From: an uncultured Eubacteriales bacterium
GTDB taxonomy: Bacteria; Bacillota; Clostridia; Christensenellales; UMGS416
Direction of reading: 5' to 3'
Assembly: GCA_900542005.1 (NCBI GenBank)
Contig: UQLW01000008.1
Location: forward strand, 12,587 to 76,586
Length of the DNA stretch: 64,000 nt
Shown here: piece after piece, positions 1 through 11,009 of the stretch
How positions within the stretch are numbered: the first letter of the stretch is position 1
Layout of the letters: every line of letters starts with the position of its first letter
Translations under genes and position numbers: made by a program
Notes under the pieces: model-generated
Seen by the model: the letters and a program-made list of their open reading frames with translations, nothing else
What the model was told of the DNA's origin: nothing
The model's database searches: none

Positions 1-537
<537 letters not shown>

Positions 538-582
538 TTACGGGACGGCCGGGTGAAGGGCCTCCCGTGATATGGGTTCGGG

Positions 583-1458
583 TTAGACCTCCATTTGGGC
601 CATGGAATCGGCGCCGGCGATAATCTCCGTCAGCTCCTGGGTGATGGCCGCCTGCCGGGCGCGGTTGAGCTCGATGGTCAGCTTGGCGCTCATCTCATCG
701 GCATTGCGGTTGGAGGCGTCCATGGCGGCCATGCGGGCGCACTGCTCGCTGGCATAGGACTGCACCAGGGTGGCGTAGGTCAGGCCGATCAGGTACTGGG
801 GCACCAGCACGTCCAGCACAGCCTTGGGGGAGGGATGAAAATCAATATTGGTCGAGGGCTCATGGAAAAGCTCAGCGTCGGAAAAGCTTTCAGGCACTAC
901 AGGAAGCATCTGAAGCACCCTGGGGGTTTGCTTGGCCATCGAATCCATGTGGGTATAGACCACATAAACCTCGTCCAACTGACCGGTTTCATAGAGATGG
1001 GTCAGCTGGAACGTTATGTTGCGGGCGTCCTCCAGGTTGGGCGCCTGGATCACATGCAAAAACTCAATGTCGCTGACGATCCCCAAACGCTCGAAGTATT
1101 CCCTTGTCATCTGGCCCACCGTCAGAAGGTAGCATTCGTCGTGCTCCTTCATATGGCTGTAGGCCAGGTTTAGGACATTGGCGTTGTAGCCGCCGCACAT
1201 GCCTTTATCGGCGGCAATGACAAGATAGGCCGCCCGGCTCGTCGACCGGTGCTTAAAATAGGGGTGGTCGATCGGAGAAACCGATTCCAGCAGATAGCGG
1301 ATGTCGGAGCGGACCTGGTTAAAATAGACCAGGTTCCGGTTCTCCTGGGCCACGGCCTTGCGCATCTTGGACGAGGAAATCATGTACATGGCGCGGGTGA
1401 TTTTATGGGTGTCGTCAATCACCTTCAGATGATGGCGGATTTCAGCGATGGAGCTCAT
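583..1458 (-). CDS. atpG: F1 ATP synthase subunit gamma
   Basis: 291 aa. The N-terminus MSSIAEIRHHLKVIDDTHKITRAMYMISSSKMRKA and the C-terminus ...NRARQAAITQELTEIIAGA are the conserved gamma helices. It sits between alpha and beta. Confidence 0.93.
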   Translation of the reverse strand: MSSIAEIRHHLKVIDDTHKITRAMYMISSSKMRKAVAQENRNLVYFNQVRSDIRYLLESVSPIDHPYFKHRSTSRAAYLVIAADKGMCGGYNANVLNLAYSHMKEHDECYLLTVGQMTREYFERLGIVSDIEFLHVIQAPNLEDARNITFQLTHLYETGQLDEVYVVYTHMDSMAKQTPRVLQMLPVVPESFSDAELFHEPSTNIDFHPSPKAVLDVLVPQYLIGLTYATLVQSYASEQCARMAAMDASNRNADEMSAKLTIELNRARQAAITQELTEIIAGADSMAQMEV

Positions 1459-3216
1459 CTATTTTCCCTCCCCGGCGCCGTGCAGGGTAAGCCACTGGCC
1501 GGCGGCCTGGGTCAGCATTTCCTCGCAGCCCTCTTCCAGCTTGCCGCTGGCGGCGATGGTCGTGAACACAGGCGGATACTGGTCGCGCACAAAGCCGGCG
1601 AATTCCGCCTTATACTGCTCCAGCACCGCCGGATCCAGATCGTTGGGGATCAGACCGCGGGTAAGGGGGAAGAGCAGCGCTACCTGGCTTGCCGTATTCA
1701 AGGGGTTGGAATTGCGCTGCTTGAGCACCTCGGTCAGCTGGGCGCCGTAGGCCAGCATGCTCTGGGTGGTCTTATCCATATCCGAGGAGAACTGCGAGAA
1801 CACCGCCAGCTCGCGGAACTGGGCGAGCTCGATACGCATCTGCCCCGCCACAGCCCGCATGGCCTTGGTCTGGGCCGCGCCGCCCACACGGGATACGGAC
1901 AGGCCCACGTTGACCGCGGGGCGGTTGCCAGCGCGGAAAAGCTCCGAATCCAGGAAGATCTGCCCATCGGTGATGGAGATGACGTTGGTAGGAATGTAGG
2001 CGGAAATATCGCCCGCCTGGGTTTCAATGATGGGCAGGGCCGTCATGGAGCCGCCGCCCTTTTCCTTGCTGAGGTGGGCGGCGCGCTCCAGAAGGCGGCT
2101 GTGCAGGTAGAAAACATCGCCGGGATAGGCTTCGCGGCCCGGCGGCCGGCGCAGCAGCAGGCTCATGGCCCGGTAGGCCACCGCGTGCTTGGATAGATCG
2201 TCATAGACGACCAGCGCATCCCGGCCGGAATACATAAAGTGCTCGGCCAAAGCGCAGCCACAGTAGGGCGCAATGTACTGCATGGTAGCCGAATCGGAGG
2301 CCGTCGAGCACACCACGCAGGTATACTCCAGCGCGCCGGCCGCCTGCAGCGTCTCGATGATCTGGGACACGGTGGAGGCCTTCTGGCCGATGGCCACATA
2401 GATGCAGGCGACGTCCTTGCCGCGCTGGTTCAGGATGGTATCAATGGCGACAGAGGTCTTGCCGGTCTGGCGGTCGCCGATAATGAGCTCCCGCTGGCCG
2501 CGGCCGATCGGCACCATGGCGTCGATGGAGATCAGCCCGGTTTCCATAGGCTTGTCGACGGGCTGACGGTCCAGGATGGAGGGGGCCGGCGCCTCGATGG
2601 GGCGCAGCGACGTCGCCCCCTCCAGGGGGCCAAGGCCGTCGATGGGCTGGCCCAGCGGGTTGAGCACACGGCCCAGCACGCAGTCGCCGGCCGGCACGGA
2701 GAGCACCTGGCCGGTGCAATAGGCCGCGTCGCCCTCCCGCACCTTCGCCTCGTCATTGAGGATGACGACATCCACACGATCCTGCTCCAGGTTCATGGCG
2801 ATGCCGAATACGCCCTCGTTTAGCTCCACAAGCTCGCCGCTGCGGCAGCCGGCCAGCCCGCTGATACGGGCGATACCGTCGCCGGCGGAGAGCACCTGGC
2901 CCGCACCGCGAACCGTCACGGTGCGCTCGTAGCTTTTCAGGCGGGAACGGATAGCCTCGGAAAGGGAAAACGCGTCCTTCAGGCTGGCGCTGGGGTCTTC
3001 GGAGCCCTTCAGCACCGCGCCCAGGCTGGCCAGCTGGCCGGCTATGGTATCGTCATAAAGCTGGCCGTCCAGCATGATGCGGATACCGCCCAGAAGCTTG
3101 GGCTGGACGATCATTTCCAAGGTTACGGGTTCGCCGACGGTTTGCGTAAAGCGCTGCTCGATGCGGGACAAGGTGGACGCATCCAAGGGCTTGGCTGTAT
3201 ATAGCTCACCTTTCAT
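1459..3216 (-). CDS. atpA: F1 ATP synthase subunit alpha carrying an N-terminal delta(OSCP) C-terminal-domain fusion
   Basis: 585 aa. The alpha core shows [10 protein letters not shown], the Walker [19 protein letters not shown] and [12 protein letters not shown]. The first ~72 aa ([58 protein letters not shown]) resemble the C-terminal domain of subunit delta. The ATG at 3214-3216 sits directly after the atpF stop (3218-3220). Confidence 0.9.
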   Translation of the reverse strand: MKGELYTAKPLDASTLSRIEQRFTQTVGEPVTLEMIVQPKLLGGIRIMLDGQLYDDTIAGQLASLGAVLKGSEDPSASLKDAFSLSEAIRSRLKSYERTVTVRGAGQVLSAGDGIARISGLAGCRSGELVELNEGVFGIAMNLEQDRVDVVILNDEAKVREGDAAYCTGQVLSVPAGDCVLGRVLNPLGQPIDGLGPLEGATSLRPIEAPAPSILDRQPVDKPMETGLISIDAMVPIGRGQRELIIGDRQTGKTSVAIDTILNQRGKDVACIYVAIGQKASTVSQIIETLQAAGALEYTCVVCSTASDSATMQYIAPYCGCALAEHFMYSGRDALVVYDDLSKHAVAYRAMSLLLRRPPGREAYPGDVFYLHSRLLERAAHLSKEKGGGSMTALPIIETQAGDISAYIPTNVISITDGQIFLDSELFRAGNRPAVNVGLSVSRVGGAAQTKAMRAVAGQMRIELAQFRELAVFSQFSSDMDKTTQSMLAYGAQLTEVLKQRNSNPLNTASQVALLFPLTRGLIPNDLDPAVLEQYKAEFAGFVRDQYPPVFTTIAASGKLEEGCEEMLTQAAGQWLTLHGAGEGK

Positions 3217-3217
3217 G

Positions 3218-3706
3218 CTATTTCACCTTTGTCAAAAATTCTTCGATGATCTCCTCGTGATCGGAGGCGGAAATCTCCCGCTCCAGGATCTTGGAGGAAA
3301 TATCCACCGCCAGGGATACGGCTTGCTCCTGCATGGCCTCCATGTTCTTCTGGCGGATCTGCTGGGCGTCGACCTGCGCCTGTTCCAGGATGGCCTTCGC
3401 CTTGGCCTGCGCTTCGCCCACGATGGCGTCAGCCTGCGCCTGAGCCTGTACGGCGCTGTTGGACAGCACGGTAGAGGCTTCGGTGGCAGCCTGCTGCACA
3501 AGCTCCTTGCTGTGGCGCTGCTGCGCCTGGGCGTCGGCCAGGATGCTGGAGGCTTTCTCCTGCTGCGCCTTGAGCCGTTCCGTGCGGGCGTCCATGAATT
3601 TGCGCACCGGACGGTACAGCAGAAAGCGCAGCCCGATAAACAACACCAACGTGTTGAATACGTGCCACAGGATATCGCCTATGTTGAAAAGTTCGCTGAT
3701 ATTCAA
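3218..3706 (-). CDS. atpF: F0 ATP synthase subunit b
   Basis: 162 aa with a single N-terminal TM ([34 protein letters not shown]) followed by a long Ala/Gln/Glu-rich helix. It lies between the c and alpha genes. Confidence 0.88.
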   Translation of the reverse strand: MNISELFNIGDILWHVFNTLVLFIGLRFLLYRPVRKFMDARTERLKAQQEKASSILADAQAQQRHSKELVQQAATEASTVLSNSAVQAQAQADAIVGEAQAKAKAILEQAQVDAQQIRQKNMEAMQEQAVSLAVDISSKILEREISASDHEEIIEEFLTKVK

Positions 3707-3724
3707 GGGTTGCCCCGCCTTTCT

Positions 3725-3955
3725 TTATGCTGCCACGACGAAAATCAACAATATTGCGACAAAGAGACCGTAGATGGCGGTCGTCTCCATCATAATCAGG
3801 CCCAGCATCAGCGAGGAGCTGATTTTGCCGGAAGCCTCAGGCTGGCGGGCGACGGACTCCACCGCCTTGCCGGTAGCAAAGCCCATACCCAAAGCGGCGC
3901 CAATGCCGGTGAGCGCCGCGATTGCGGCGGCGATAGCGATAAGACCCAGTTCCAT
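3725..3955 (-). CDS. atpE: F0 ATP synthase subunit c (proteolipid)
   Basis: 76 aa two-helix hairpin with the loop motif ARQPE and the ion-binding Glu in [18 protein letters not shown]. Confidence 0.93.
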   Translation of the reverse strand: MELGLIAIAAAIAALTGIGAALGMGFATGKAVESVARQPEASGKISSSLMLGLIMMETTAIYGLFVAILLIFVVAA

Positions 3956-3998
3956 GGTTTCTTTCCTCCGTTATACAAAAATATGGTTCCAAACCCAG

Positions 3999-4694
3999 CT
4001 ATTCCAGGGCTTCCTGGACGTAGTTGAGGTTCAGGGTTCCGAAAACGTAGCACTGAATGGCCGCGTGCAGCAGCGTGAAATACACCGACAGCGCGCCAGG
4101 CAGAACGACTGGACAGAACAGATAGATTAGGTGCATAATAAGATAGCCCACCAGAATATTGGCAAAGAGCCGCAGCGTCATGGATAGGGGGGCGATGCAG
4201 TCGGTCAGCACCTTAATGGGCAGCACCACAGCCGTCGGCGTGGCCAGATGCTTGATCCGGCCGCGAAGCCCCAGCACCCGCAGCGCCATCACGTTCACAA
4301 TGACAAAGCTGGTCAGACCCAGCGCCAGGGCGCAGTTGACGTCCTTGGTGATGGGCGGGAGCCCAAAGAGCTCGATGCAGGTGCCAAAAAGGATATAGAC
4401 CATGAAGGTCAGCGTGAAGGGCGCCAGGGTATCGGCATAGGGGCTGACCTTATCGTTGGCAAAGTTATGTACCGTATCCACGATGAGCTCGATTACGTTC
4501 TGCAGGCCCCTGGGCGTATCCTGCCAGTTTTTCATGCTCCGGCGTATGAAATAAGCCGCCAGCAGCAGGATAAGCACCAGCACGGTACCAAGGATGCCCG
4601 ACAAAGGCAGGGTAACGCCCCCGAGCTTAATCATCTCCGGATAGATGCTTTCGCCCAGGTCCATGCCCGATGAGAGCATGAGGCTGCTAGTCAT
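3999..4694 (-). CDS. atpB: F0 ATP synthase subunit a
   Basis: I trimmed the 330-aa track ORF to the ATG at 4692-4694 (MTSSLMLSSGMDLGE...), which overlaps the stop of the upstream atpI-like gene (ATGA). It is polytopic and carries the conserved Arg helix LSMTLRLFANILVG. Confidence 0.88.
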   Translation of the reverse strand: MTSSLMLSSGMDLGESIYPEMIKLGGVTLPLSGILGTVLVLILLLAAYFIRRSMKNWQDTPRGLQNVIELIVDTVHNFANDKVSPYADTLAPFTLTFMVYILFGTCIELFGLPPITKDVNCALALGLTSFVIVNVMALRVLGLRGRIKHLATPTAVVLPIKVLTDCIAPLSMTLRLFANILVGYLIMHLIYLFCPVVLPGALSVYFTLLHAAIQCYVFGTLNLNYVQEALE

Positions 4695-4954
4695 GAATGA
4701 TCCTCCTTCCTTAAACGAATATAAAGGGTCACCTGATAGCCGATGAGCATCGGTGCCAGGGTGGCTACCAAGGCGATAAGCGTGGGCAGCGAGATCAGCG
4801 CGCCTGCGATAAGCAGCGCCGCCCACAGGCCAAGGCGCGCCAGGATAAAGGCCATGCGGCGGGCGGGCGTCCAGCGCAGGGAGAGGCATTTGTGCAGCAG
4901 CCATAGCTGCAGCGCCCCGACGGCGGCGCCCATTGCGATTCCGATTGCCACCAT
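4691..4954 (-). CDS. Small membrane protein, ATP synthase protein I (AtpI/AtpZ)-like
   Basis: First gene of the atp operon. I chose the start at ATG 4952-4954 (MVAIGIAMGAAVGALQLWLL...) behind a GGAGGGGGAG RBS. It has two hydrophobic helices. The assignment rests on position and topology only. Confidence 0.55.
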   Translation of the reverse strand: MVAIGIAMGAAVGALQLWLLHKCLSLRWTPARRMAFILARLGLWAALLIAGALISLPTLIALVATLAPMLIGYQVTLYIRLRKEDHS

Positions 4955-5253
4955 GGGTTGCTCCCCCTCCCTTAGCCGGAGGGCGCGGCAAAAAGGCCCT
5001 CTTTCTGAATCATCAGTACGATACACCTGTTTTACTGAACATGCAAGCGGGAAAATAATGAAAATGAGGCGTTTAACGTGATATAAAGGGTTTTATCCAT
5101 AAAATACTTGTGAATGCTCTGAAATGCTCGCTCTTGCTCGTGTGATTGAAATCATAGTTGTTTTCTACAAAAATAATGTTAGACTTCTAAGCAAGTTACG
5201 GAGAAACCATAGAACGATGACGAAAAAATCGATAATTTGGGAGGAAGAAATTC

Positions 5254-5679
5254 GTGCAGCAGCTCTATGAAATCCTGGAGGGGTGGATAAATGACTTCAC
5301 CCGCTTCAGCATTTTGATCCTGGAGGCCATCGGCGTCGTGTTGATCCTGTTTGCCGGGATCCGGGGCGTGGTGGAGTACGCGCGGCACAGGACCGGCGCA
5401 CAGCTGCGCATGGCCAGTGCCATGGCCTTTGCGCTGGAGTTCAAGCTGGGCGGCGAGATCCTGCGGACCGTGCTGGTACGCGAGCTCAGCGAAATCTTCA
5501 TCGTAGGCTGTATTATTGCCCTGCGGGGTATCTTGAATTACCTGATCCATCGGGATATTCATGAGCAGCAAAAGCTGCAGCAGGGCGCCTGCGAGGAGCC
5601 GCTGCAGAAGCCGGGCTTTTGGCGGGCGGCTTTCGGCCCCCGGCCGAAGGTGCCCGGCGAGCCGGAAACCAAGCAATAG
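5254..5679 (+). CDS. DUF1622-like small membrane protein
   Basis: 141 aa with a GTG start after GGGAGGAAGAAA. The hydrophobic core FSILILEAIGVVLILFAGIRGVVEY...ALEFKLGGEILRT is typical of DUF1622. The Gln/Pro-rich tail is unassigned. Confidence 0.6.
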   Translation: MQQLYEILEGWINDFTRFSILILEAIGVVLILFAGIRGVVEYARHRTGAQLRMASAMAFALEFKLGGEILRTVLVRELSEIFIVGCIIALRGILNYLIHRDIHEQQKLQQGACEEPLQKPGFWRAAFGPRPKVPGEPETKQ

Positions 5680-5723
5680 GGCGCCGCCGGCCGGAGGGCC
5701 GCGCTTTTACAGGCCAAATGGAA

Positions 5724-5750
5724 AAGGCCCGCAGAGCAAAAGCGGGCCTT
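5724..5750. terminator. Hairpin between convergent genes (bidirectional terminator candidate)
   Basis: AAGGCCCGC - 9-nt loop - GCGGGCCTT, with T-rich flanks on the reverse strand. Confidence 0.5.
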
Positions 5751-5770
5751 GCAGGGGTTTTGGCGCGGGG

Positions 5771-6325
5771 CTAGGGATGGCGCAGCACGACGAGAGGAAA
5801 GCCGTGCTGCACGGCATACTCATAGGGCGATGTCTTTTCGTAACAATAGACTGTGGGGATCCGGGCGCGGTGAAAGGCGCCGGCAGGCAGCTGGCATTCG
5901 CCCATGAACCAGACGCGCTCCAGCGCGGCGCATTGGGCAAAGGCGCCGGAAGGGACGCGATAGCCATCGGGGATGACCAGCTCCTGCAGCTGACGAAGCT
6001 CCAGGGGCGCTTCCAGACGGGATTCGCCCTCTGGAAGGACAAGACGAAGGATGCCGGCGTGGGCTGCGGCCTGAAGCGCTTGCATGGCGCTCAGCGGGGG
6101 AAGGGCGTCGCTCTGGCGCACCGCGCCGCGGGCGGGCAGTATGTGCCCGTGATAGCTGATGGTCCCTTCATAGAGCGCGGGAAAGGGATCGCCGGTAAAC
6201 GCAGCGCGCAGGGAACCGCATTGCCCCCAGAAGGAGGCGGTATTGGCGTCATTGCCAACCACGCGATAGACCTGGCGCGGGGGCAGCTGGTCCAGCAGGG
6301 CTGCCAGCCTGGGGTCATGGGCCAT
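5771..6325 (-). CDS. Hypothetical protein, possibly BspA-type leucine-rich-repeat-like C-terminus
   Basis: Track ORF 5771..6343 trimmed to ATG 6323-6325 (MAHDPRLAALL...) behind GGAAAGGAGGGA. The segment IPDGYRVPSGAFAQCAALERVWFMGECQLPAGAFHRA resembles BspA-like LRR units. Codon usage is consistent with coding. Confidence 0.5.
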   Translation of the reverse strand: MAHDPRLAALLDQLPPRQVYRVVGNDANTASFWGQCGSLRAAFTGDPFPALYEGTISYHGHILPARGAVRQSDALPPLSAMQALQAAAHAGILRLVLPEGESRLEAPLELRQLQELVIPDGYRVPSGAFAQCAALERVWFMGECQLPAGAFHRARIPTVYCYEKTSPYEYAVQHGFPLVVLRHP

Positions 6326-6448
6326 AGAATCCCTCCTTTCCAAATCGGGAAAACGAACAGGATAATCGCGGGCCTGCCACGGCAGGCCCGGCCTACTGGT
6401 AGCTATGTGTACTGTAGCATGACGCCGCGCCCCCGGTCAAGCGGGGTT

Positions 6449-6478
6449 TTGACTTTGGCAGCGCCTCTATGCTATAAT
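6449..6478 (+). promoter_or_regulatory. Candidate sigma-70/SigA promoter upstream of the topoisomerase B gene
   Basis: TTGACT (6449-6454), an 18-nt spacer, then TATAAT (6473-6478), about 70 nt upstream of the ATG. Confidence 0.5.
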
Positions 6479-6548
6479 AGCTAGGTTTTGATTGAAAATA
6501 CTGGCAAAAAGAGCCTCTAGGAAGGGGGCGGGCCGCAGGAGGGATACC

Positions 6549-8504
6549 ATGGGAAACGAATATCAGGCCAGCGATATCCAGGTGCTGGAGGGGCTCAACG
6601 CCGTGCGGGTAAGGCCGGGCATGTACATCGGCTCCACAGGCAGCCGCGGCCTGCATCATATGCTCTGGGAAATTGTCGACAACGCCATTGACGAGGCCAT
6701 GGGCGGCTATGCGGATCTTGTGACGGTCACGCTCAACCAGGACGGCTCGGCCACGGTGACCGACAACGGCCGCGGCGTGCCCACCGATATTCACCCCACC
6801 ATGAAGGTTTCAGGCGTAGAGGTCGTCTATACGCAGCTGCATGCCGGCGGCAAATTTGGCGGTAAGAGCTATACCTATTCCGGCGGGCTGCATGGCGTGG
6901 GCGCTTCGGTGGTCAATGCGCTGTCAAGCTTCATGACGGTGGAGGTATACCGGGATGGCAGGGCCTATCGGATCGAATTTGAATCCAAGGCCAAGGGCAA
7001 CAAAAAGGTAGCGCCCGGCGTCCCCAAGGGCCCGCTTCAGATGGTGGGCAAGAGCGCGGAAACCGGGACAAAGGTTACCTTTCAGCCGGATCCCGCGGTG
7101 TTTGATACGGTCAAATGGAACCGGGATACCATTGACCGCAGGCTGCGGGAGTTGGCCTACCTGAACCGGGGCCTGCGGGTGGAGTTCGCCGACCTGCGGG
7201 AGGCCGAAGCCTACCGGGCCGCCTATCACTTTGAAGGCGGGATTGCCGACTACGTTCGTTACCTGAATGAGGATAAGACACCGCTGAGCCCCGCGGTGAT
7301 GGAGCTTTCCGGCAGCCGGGATGACGTGACCCTGCAGTGCGCCATCCAGTTTACCGACGGGTATACCGAGAGCCTGTTCTCCTATGTGAACAATATCCCC
7401 ACCACCGAGGGCGGCACCCATGAGACGGGCTTTAAGACGGCCATGACCAAGGTGCTGAACGAATATGCCCGCAAGACCGGTACCCTCAAGGAGAAGGACA
7501 AGCCCCTTTCCGGCGAGGACTTCCGGGAGGGCATGACGGCGGTGCTGTGCCTGAAGATGACCAATGTGCAGTTCGACGGGCAGACCAAGACGCGCCTGGG
7601 CAACGTGGAAGCCCGAAAGGCGGTGGAGGCCATTGTGGGCGAGCAGCTGGGCGCGTACCTGGAGGATCCGGACCATGGGGAGCTGATCGGGAAAATCCTG
7701 GAAAAGGCGGTGAAAGCCGCGCGGGTGCGGGATGCGGCCCGCCGGGCCAGCGACCTTGCCCGGGAGAAGAACGCGCTGGATGTAGCGCCGCTGGTGGGCA
7801 AGCTTTCCGCCTGCTCAGGGAAGAACGCCGAGGCCAACGAGCTTTTCATCGTGGAGGGCGATTCGGCCGGAGGCTCGGCCAAGCAGGGCCGCGACCGCCG
7901 CTTTCAGGCGATCCTGCCGCTGCGGGGCAAGCCGCTGAACGCCGAGAAGAAGCGGCTGGACGCCGTTCTGGCCAACGAGGAGTTCCGCACCATCATCGCC
8001 GCGCTGGGCTGCGGCATCGACGAGCACTTCACGGTGGATACCCTTAAATACCATAAGGTCATCATTCTGTCGGACGCCGACCAGGATGGCGCCCATATCC
8101 GGGCCATCCTGCTGACCTTTTTCTTCCGGTATATGAAGGATCTGGTGACCCAGGGCCATGTGTACATCGGGCAGCCGCCCCTGTATAAGGTCGCCCAGGG
8201 AAGCAAGGTGACCTATTGCTACGATGACAAGGAGCTGGCCCGGGTAACCCAGGGGCTGAGCCGGGGCTATACGCTGCAGCGCTATAAGGGGTTAGGCGAG
8301 ATGAACCCGGAGCAGCTATGGGAAACCACCATGAATCCGGACGGGCGCAAGCTTGTGCAGGTGACCATCGAGGATGCGGCCGAGGCCGACCGGCTCATCA
8401 CCCTGCTCATGGGGGACAAGGTGGAGCCCCGGCGGGTCTATATCGCGGAGCATGCCGACTTTAACCGGCAGGACGACTTTGAGAAGATGGGAGGAGGACG
8501 GTAA
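6549..8504 (+). CDS. Type IIA DNA topoisomerase subunit B (GyrB/ParE family)
   Basis: Starts at ATG 6549 ([29 protein letters not shown]). It has GHKL ATPase motifs ([38 protein letters not shown]), a Toprim [15 protein letters not shown] and a PLRGK motif. Confidence 0.93.
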   Translation: MGNEYQASDIQVLEGLNAVRVRPGMYIGSTGSRGLHHMLWEIVDNAIDEAMGGYADLVTVTLNQDGSATVTDNGRGVPTDIHPTMKVSGVEVVYTQLHAGGKFGGKSYTYSGGLHGVGASVVNALSSFMTVEVYRDGRAYRIEFESKAKGNKKVAPGVPKGPLQMVGKSAETGTKVTFQPDPAVFDTVKWNRDTIDRRLRELAYLNRGLRVEFADLREAEAYRAAYHFEGGIADYVRYLNEDKTPLSPAVMELSGSRDDVTLQCAIQFTDGYTESLFSYVNNIPTTEGGTHETGFKTAMTKVLNEYARKTGTLKEKDKPLSGEDFREGMTAVLCLKMTNVQFDGQTKTRLGNVEARKAVEAIVGEQLGAYLEDPDHGELIGKILEKAVKAARVRDAARRASDLAREKNALDVAPLVGKLSACSGKNAEANELFIVEGDSAGGSAKQGRDRRFQAILPLRGKPLNAEKKRLDAVLANEEFRTIIAALGCGIDEHFTVDTLKYHKVIILSDADQDGAHIRAILLTFFFRYMKDLVTQGHVYIGQPPLYKVAQGSKVTYCYDDKELARVTQGLSRGYTLQRYKGLGEMNPEQLWETTMNPDGRKLVQVTIEDAAEADRLITLLMGDKVEPRRVYIAEHADFNRQDDFEKMGGGR

Positions 8505-10970
8505 ATGCCCAGAAAAAAGACCGCGGGCCAGCAGCCGCCGGCCAAGCCGGAGATCATCGTGCAGCAGCCCATGGAGGAGGTCATGCGCGATTCCATGATC
8601 CCCTATGCGGAATACGTCATCATGGACCGGGCGCTGCCCCGGGTGGAGGATGGACTCAAGCCCGTGCAGCGGCGTATTCTATATACCATGATGGAGCTGG
8701 GCAACACGCCGGATAAACCCCATAAGAAATCGGCCCGCGTGGCCGGCGACGCCATGGGTAAGTATCATCCCCATGGCGATTCCTCCATCTATGACGCCAT
8801 GGTCCGCATGGCCCAGGACTTCGTGATGCGCGCGCCTCTGGTGGACGGCCATGGCAACTTCGGCTCCATCGACGGGGATTCGGCGGCCGCCATGCGCTAT
8901 ACCGAGGTGCGTATGGCGCCCCTGGCGCTGGAGCTGCTGCGGGATATCGACAAGGAGACCGTCCCCTTCAGCCTGAACTTTGACGACACGCTCAAGGAAC
9001 CGGATATCCTGCCCGGCCGATTCCCCAACCTGCTGGTCAACGGCGCCATGGGCATTGCCGTGGGGCTGGCTACCTCCATCCCGCCGCACAACCTGGGGGA
9101 GACGGTGCGGGCGGTCATTGCGCAGATGGACAAGCCCGATATCACCACACGGGAGCTGATGCAGTACCTCCCGGCCCCCGATTTCCCCACCGGCGGCATC
9201 ATTGTCAATCCCGGGGACCTGGAGGCGGCCTATGAGACGGGAAGGGGCCGCATTGCCGTGCGCTCCCGCTGCGAGATTGAGGAGCTCGCCGGCGGCCGCA
9301 GCCAGATTGTGATCCACGAGATCCCCTATCAGGTCAACAAGGCGGCCATGCTGGAGAAGATCCAGCGCCTTTCCCAGGAGCGCAAGGACGCGCTGGGCGG
9401 CATTGGGGATATCCGGGATGAATCGGACCGCAACGGCCTGCGGGCGGTGATCGAGCTGAAAAAGGGCGCCGACGCGCAGAAGATCCTGCAGTATCTCTAT
9501 AAATACTCGGACCTGCAGGTGAACTTCGGCGTGAACATGGTGGCCATTGCCGATGGCAAGCCCCGCCAGCTGCCTCTGAAGGAGATCAACCGGTACTATA
9601 TTGCCCACCAGGAGAAGGTAGTAACCCTGCGCACCCGCTATGACCTGGAGCGGGCCGAGGAGCGGGAGCATATCCTGGAGGGGCTCTACATCGCCATCCA
9701 GAATATCGACGAGGTGATTGCCATTATCAAGGCATCCCCCTCCACCCGGGAGGCGCAGAAGGCCCTGATGAAGCGCTTTGACCTGACCAGCGTGCAGGCG
9801 CAGGCCATCCTGGATATGCGCCTGGCCCGGCTTACGGCCCTGGAGGTGGATAAGATCGTGGCGGAGCTGGAGGCGGTCCGCAAGCAGATCACCCGCCTGA
9901 AGGCCATCCTTAAAAGCCATAAAAAGCTGATGGAGGTCATCAAGTCCGAGCTGACTGAGATTGCCAAGCGCTATGATACGCCCCGGCGGACGTCGATTGA
10001 GGATACGGCCGGCGAGGAGAGCTTTAACCCGGAGGACTATATTGTGGTGGAGGACGTGCGCGTGACGGTGACCCGGGCGGGCTATGTCAAGCGCATGGCG
10101 GAAAAGGCCTACCAGCGTTCCAACCACGAAACGGGGATGGAGGACCTGGCGGCTGACGACGGGCCGCTGTGCTGCCTGGAGGCTACCACCGCCCAGCGGC
10201 TGTATCTGTTCACCTCCGGCGGCGCCATGCTGCAGATCCCGGTCAGCGAGCTGCCCGAAGGCCGCTGGCGGGACAAGGGGACGGCCCTCTTTGCGCTGCA
10301 TAATGGGTTTGCCAAGGGCGAGCGCGTGGTGGCGGCCTTTGTCTACGAGGCATGGCCGGAAAAGGGCGAGCTGCTCTTTATCACCAAAGGCGGTATGGGC
10401 AAAAAGAGCGCGGCCGCCGATTACGTGACCCGGATGCGGAAGCTGACAGCCTGCGCTGTGAAGGATGGGGATGAGCTGGTCGCCGTTGAGTGGGTCCGGC
10501 GGGGCGCGGGCCTGGTGCTGCTCTCCCGCAAAGGCATGGCGCTGATGACGCGCCACAGCCAGATACCCGTCCAGGGAAGGGCAACCCGGGGCGTCAAAGC
10601 GATGGCGCTGGAGGGGGACGATGAGATCCTGCTGGCGACCCAGCTGGAGCCCGAGGGAGAGATCGCCCTGATTACCGACGCGGGCTACGGCAAGCGCCTG
10701 CCCTATATGGCCTTCTCCGCCCAGAACCGCGGCGGAAAGGGTATGCGGGCGGTAGCCTTCTATAAAAACGGCGCCAACGGACGGGCGCTGGCCTGCGCGC
10801 TGCCGGTGGCGCCCCACAGCCGCCTGCAGGTGGAGATGGCCAGCGGGGAAAAGGTGCTGCTGGCAGCCGGGGAGCTGCCGGCTGAAAAGCTGGAGGGCCG
10901 CGGCGCGCCGACCGGCATCATGGTGGTATTGGGCAACGAGATTGTGAACGGCTTTGCATGCCTGGACTAA
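8505..10970 (+). CDS. Type IIA DNA topoisomerase subunit A (GyrA/ParC family; the CTD looks ParC-like)
   Basis: 821 aa with the QRDR region [20 protein letters not shown] and the catalytic region [11 protein letters not shown]. At the position where GyrA normally carries QRRGGKG (after TRAGYVKR) the sequence is [14 protein letters not shown]. The start abuts the subunit B stop. Confidence 0.9.
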   Translation: MPRKKTAGQQPPAKPEIIVQQPMEEVMRDSMIPYAEYVIMDRALPRVEDGLKPVQRRILYTMMELGNTPDKPHKKSARVAGDAMGKYHPHGDSSIYDAMVRMAQDFVMRAPLVDGHGNFGSIDGDSAAAMRYTEVRMAPLALELLRDIDKETVPFSLNFDDTLKEPDILPGRFPNLLVNGAMGIAVGLATSIPPHNLGETVRAVIAQMDKPDITTRELMQYLPAPDFPTGGIIVNPGDLEAAYETGRGRIAVRSRCEIEELAGGRSQIVIHEIPYQVNKAAMLEKIQRLSQERKDALGGIGDIRDESDRNGLRAVIELKKGADAQKILQYLYKYSDLQVNFGVNMVAIADGKPRQLPLKEINRYYIAHQEKVVTLRTRYDLERAEEREHILEGLYIAIQNIDEVIAIIKASPSTREAQKALMKRFDLTSVQAQAILDMRLARLTALEVDKIVAELEAVRKQITRLKAILKSHKKLMEVIKSELTEIAKRYDTPRRTSIEDTAGEESFNPEDYIVVEDVRVTVTRAGYVKRMAEKAYQRSNHETGMEDLAADDGPLCCLEATTAQRLYLFTSGGAMLQIPVSELPEGRWRDKGTALFALHNGFAKGERVVAAFVYEAWPEKGELLFITKGGMGKKSAAADYVTRMRKLTACAVKDGDELVAVEWVRRGAGLVLLSRKGMALMTRHSQIPVQGRATRGVKAMALEGDDEILLATQLEPEGEIALITDAGYGKRLPYMAFSAQNRGGKGMRAVAFYKNGANGRALACALPVAPHSRLQVEMASGEKVLLAAGELPAEKLEGRGAPTGIMVVLGNEIVNGFACLD

Positions 10971-11009
10971 TACTGCATGGAATGACCCCGAGTATGGTGT
11001 ATTTTATCA

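Noticed and set aside
3999-4991. Long N-terminal extensions proposed by the ORF track for atpB (330 aa), ilvN (22959..23621), the first NBD (16627..17616), sulfatase (47621..), PIG-L (50130..), AKR (56572..), GH38 (59984..), MBOAT (..47074), TetR (36663..) and ECF-S (35996..).
   Set aside because: In each case an internal ATG with a proper GGAGG-type RBS coincides with the conserved N-terminus of the family. The extension overlaps the upstream gene or has Arg/Pro/Gly-rich non-coding-like composition.
6370-6390. A GC-rich hairpin GGGCCTGCC-ACG-GGCAGGCCC between the divergent hypothetical and topoisomerase genes.
   Set aside because: There is no U-tract on either strand, and it lies between two divergent starts where a terminator makes no sense. 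It is probably fortuitous or a minor 5'-UTR structure.
8679-10817. A 712-aa ORF antisense to the topoisomerase A gene, and similar long antisense or out-of-frame ORFs at 595..1173, 1249..2196, 2239..2823, 3074..4027, 5561..6484, 6924..7676, 11138..12790, 13928..15106 and 15245..16006.
   Set aside because: These are typical shadow ORFs of a high-GC genome. They overlap genes with strong family motifs on the other strand or frame. Their translations are Arg/Gly/Ala/Pro/His-rich low-complexity sequence with no motifs, and they have no RBS.
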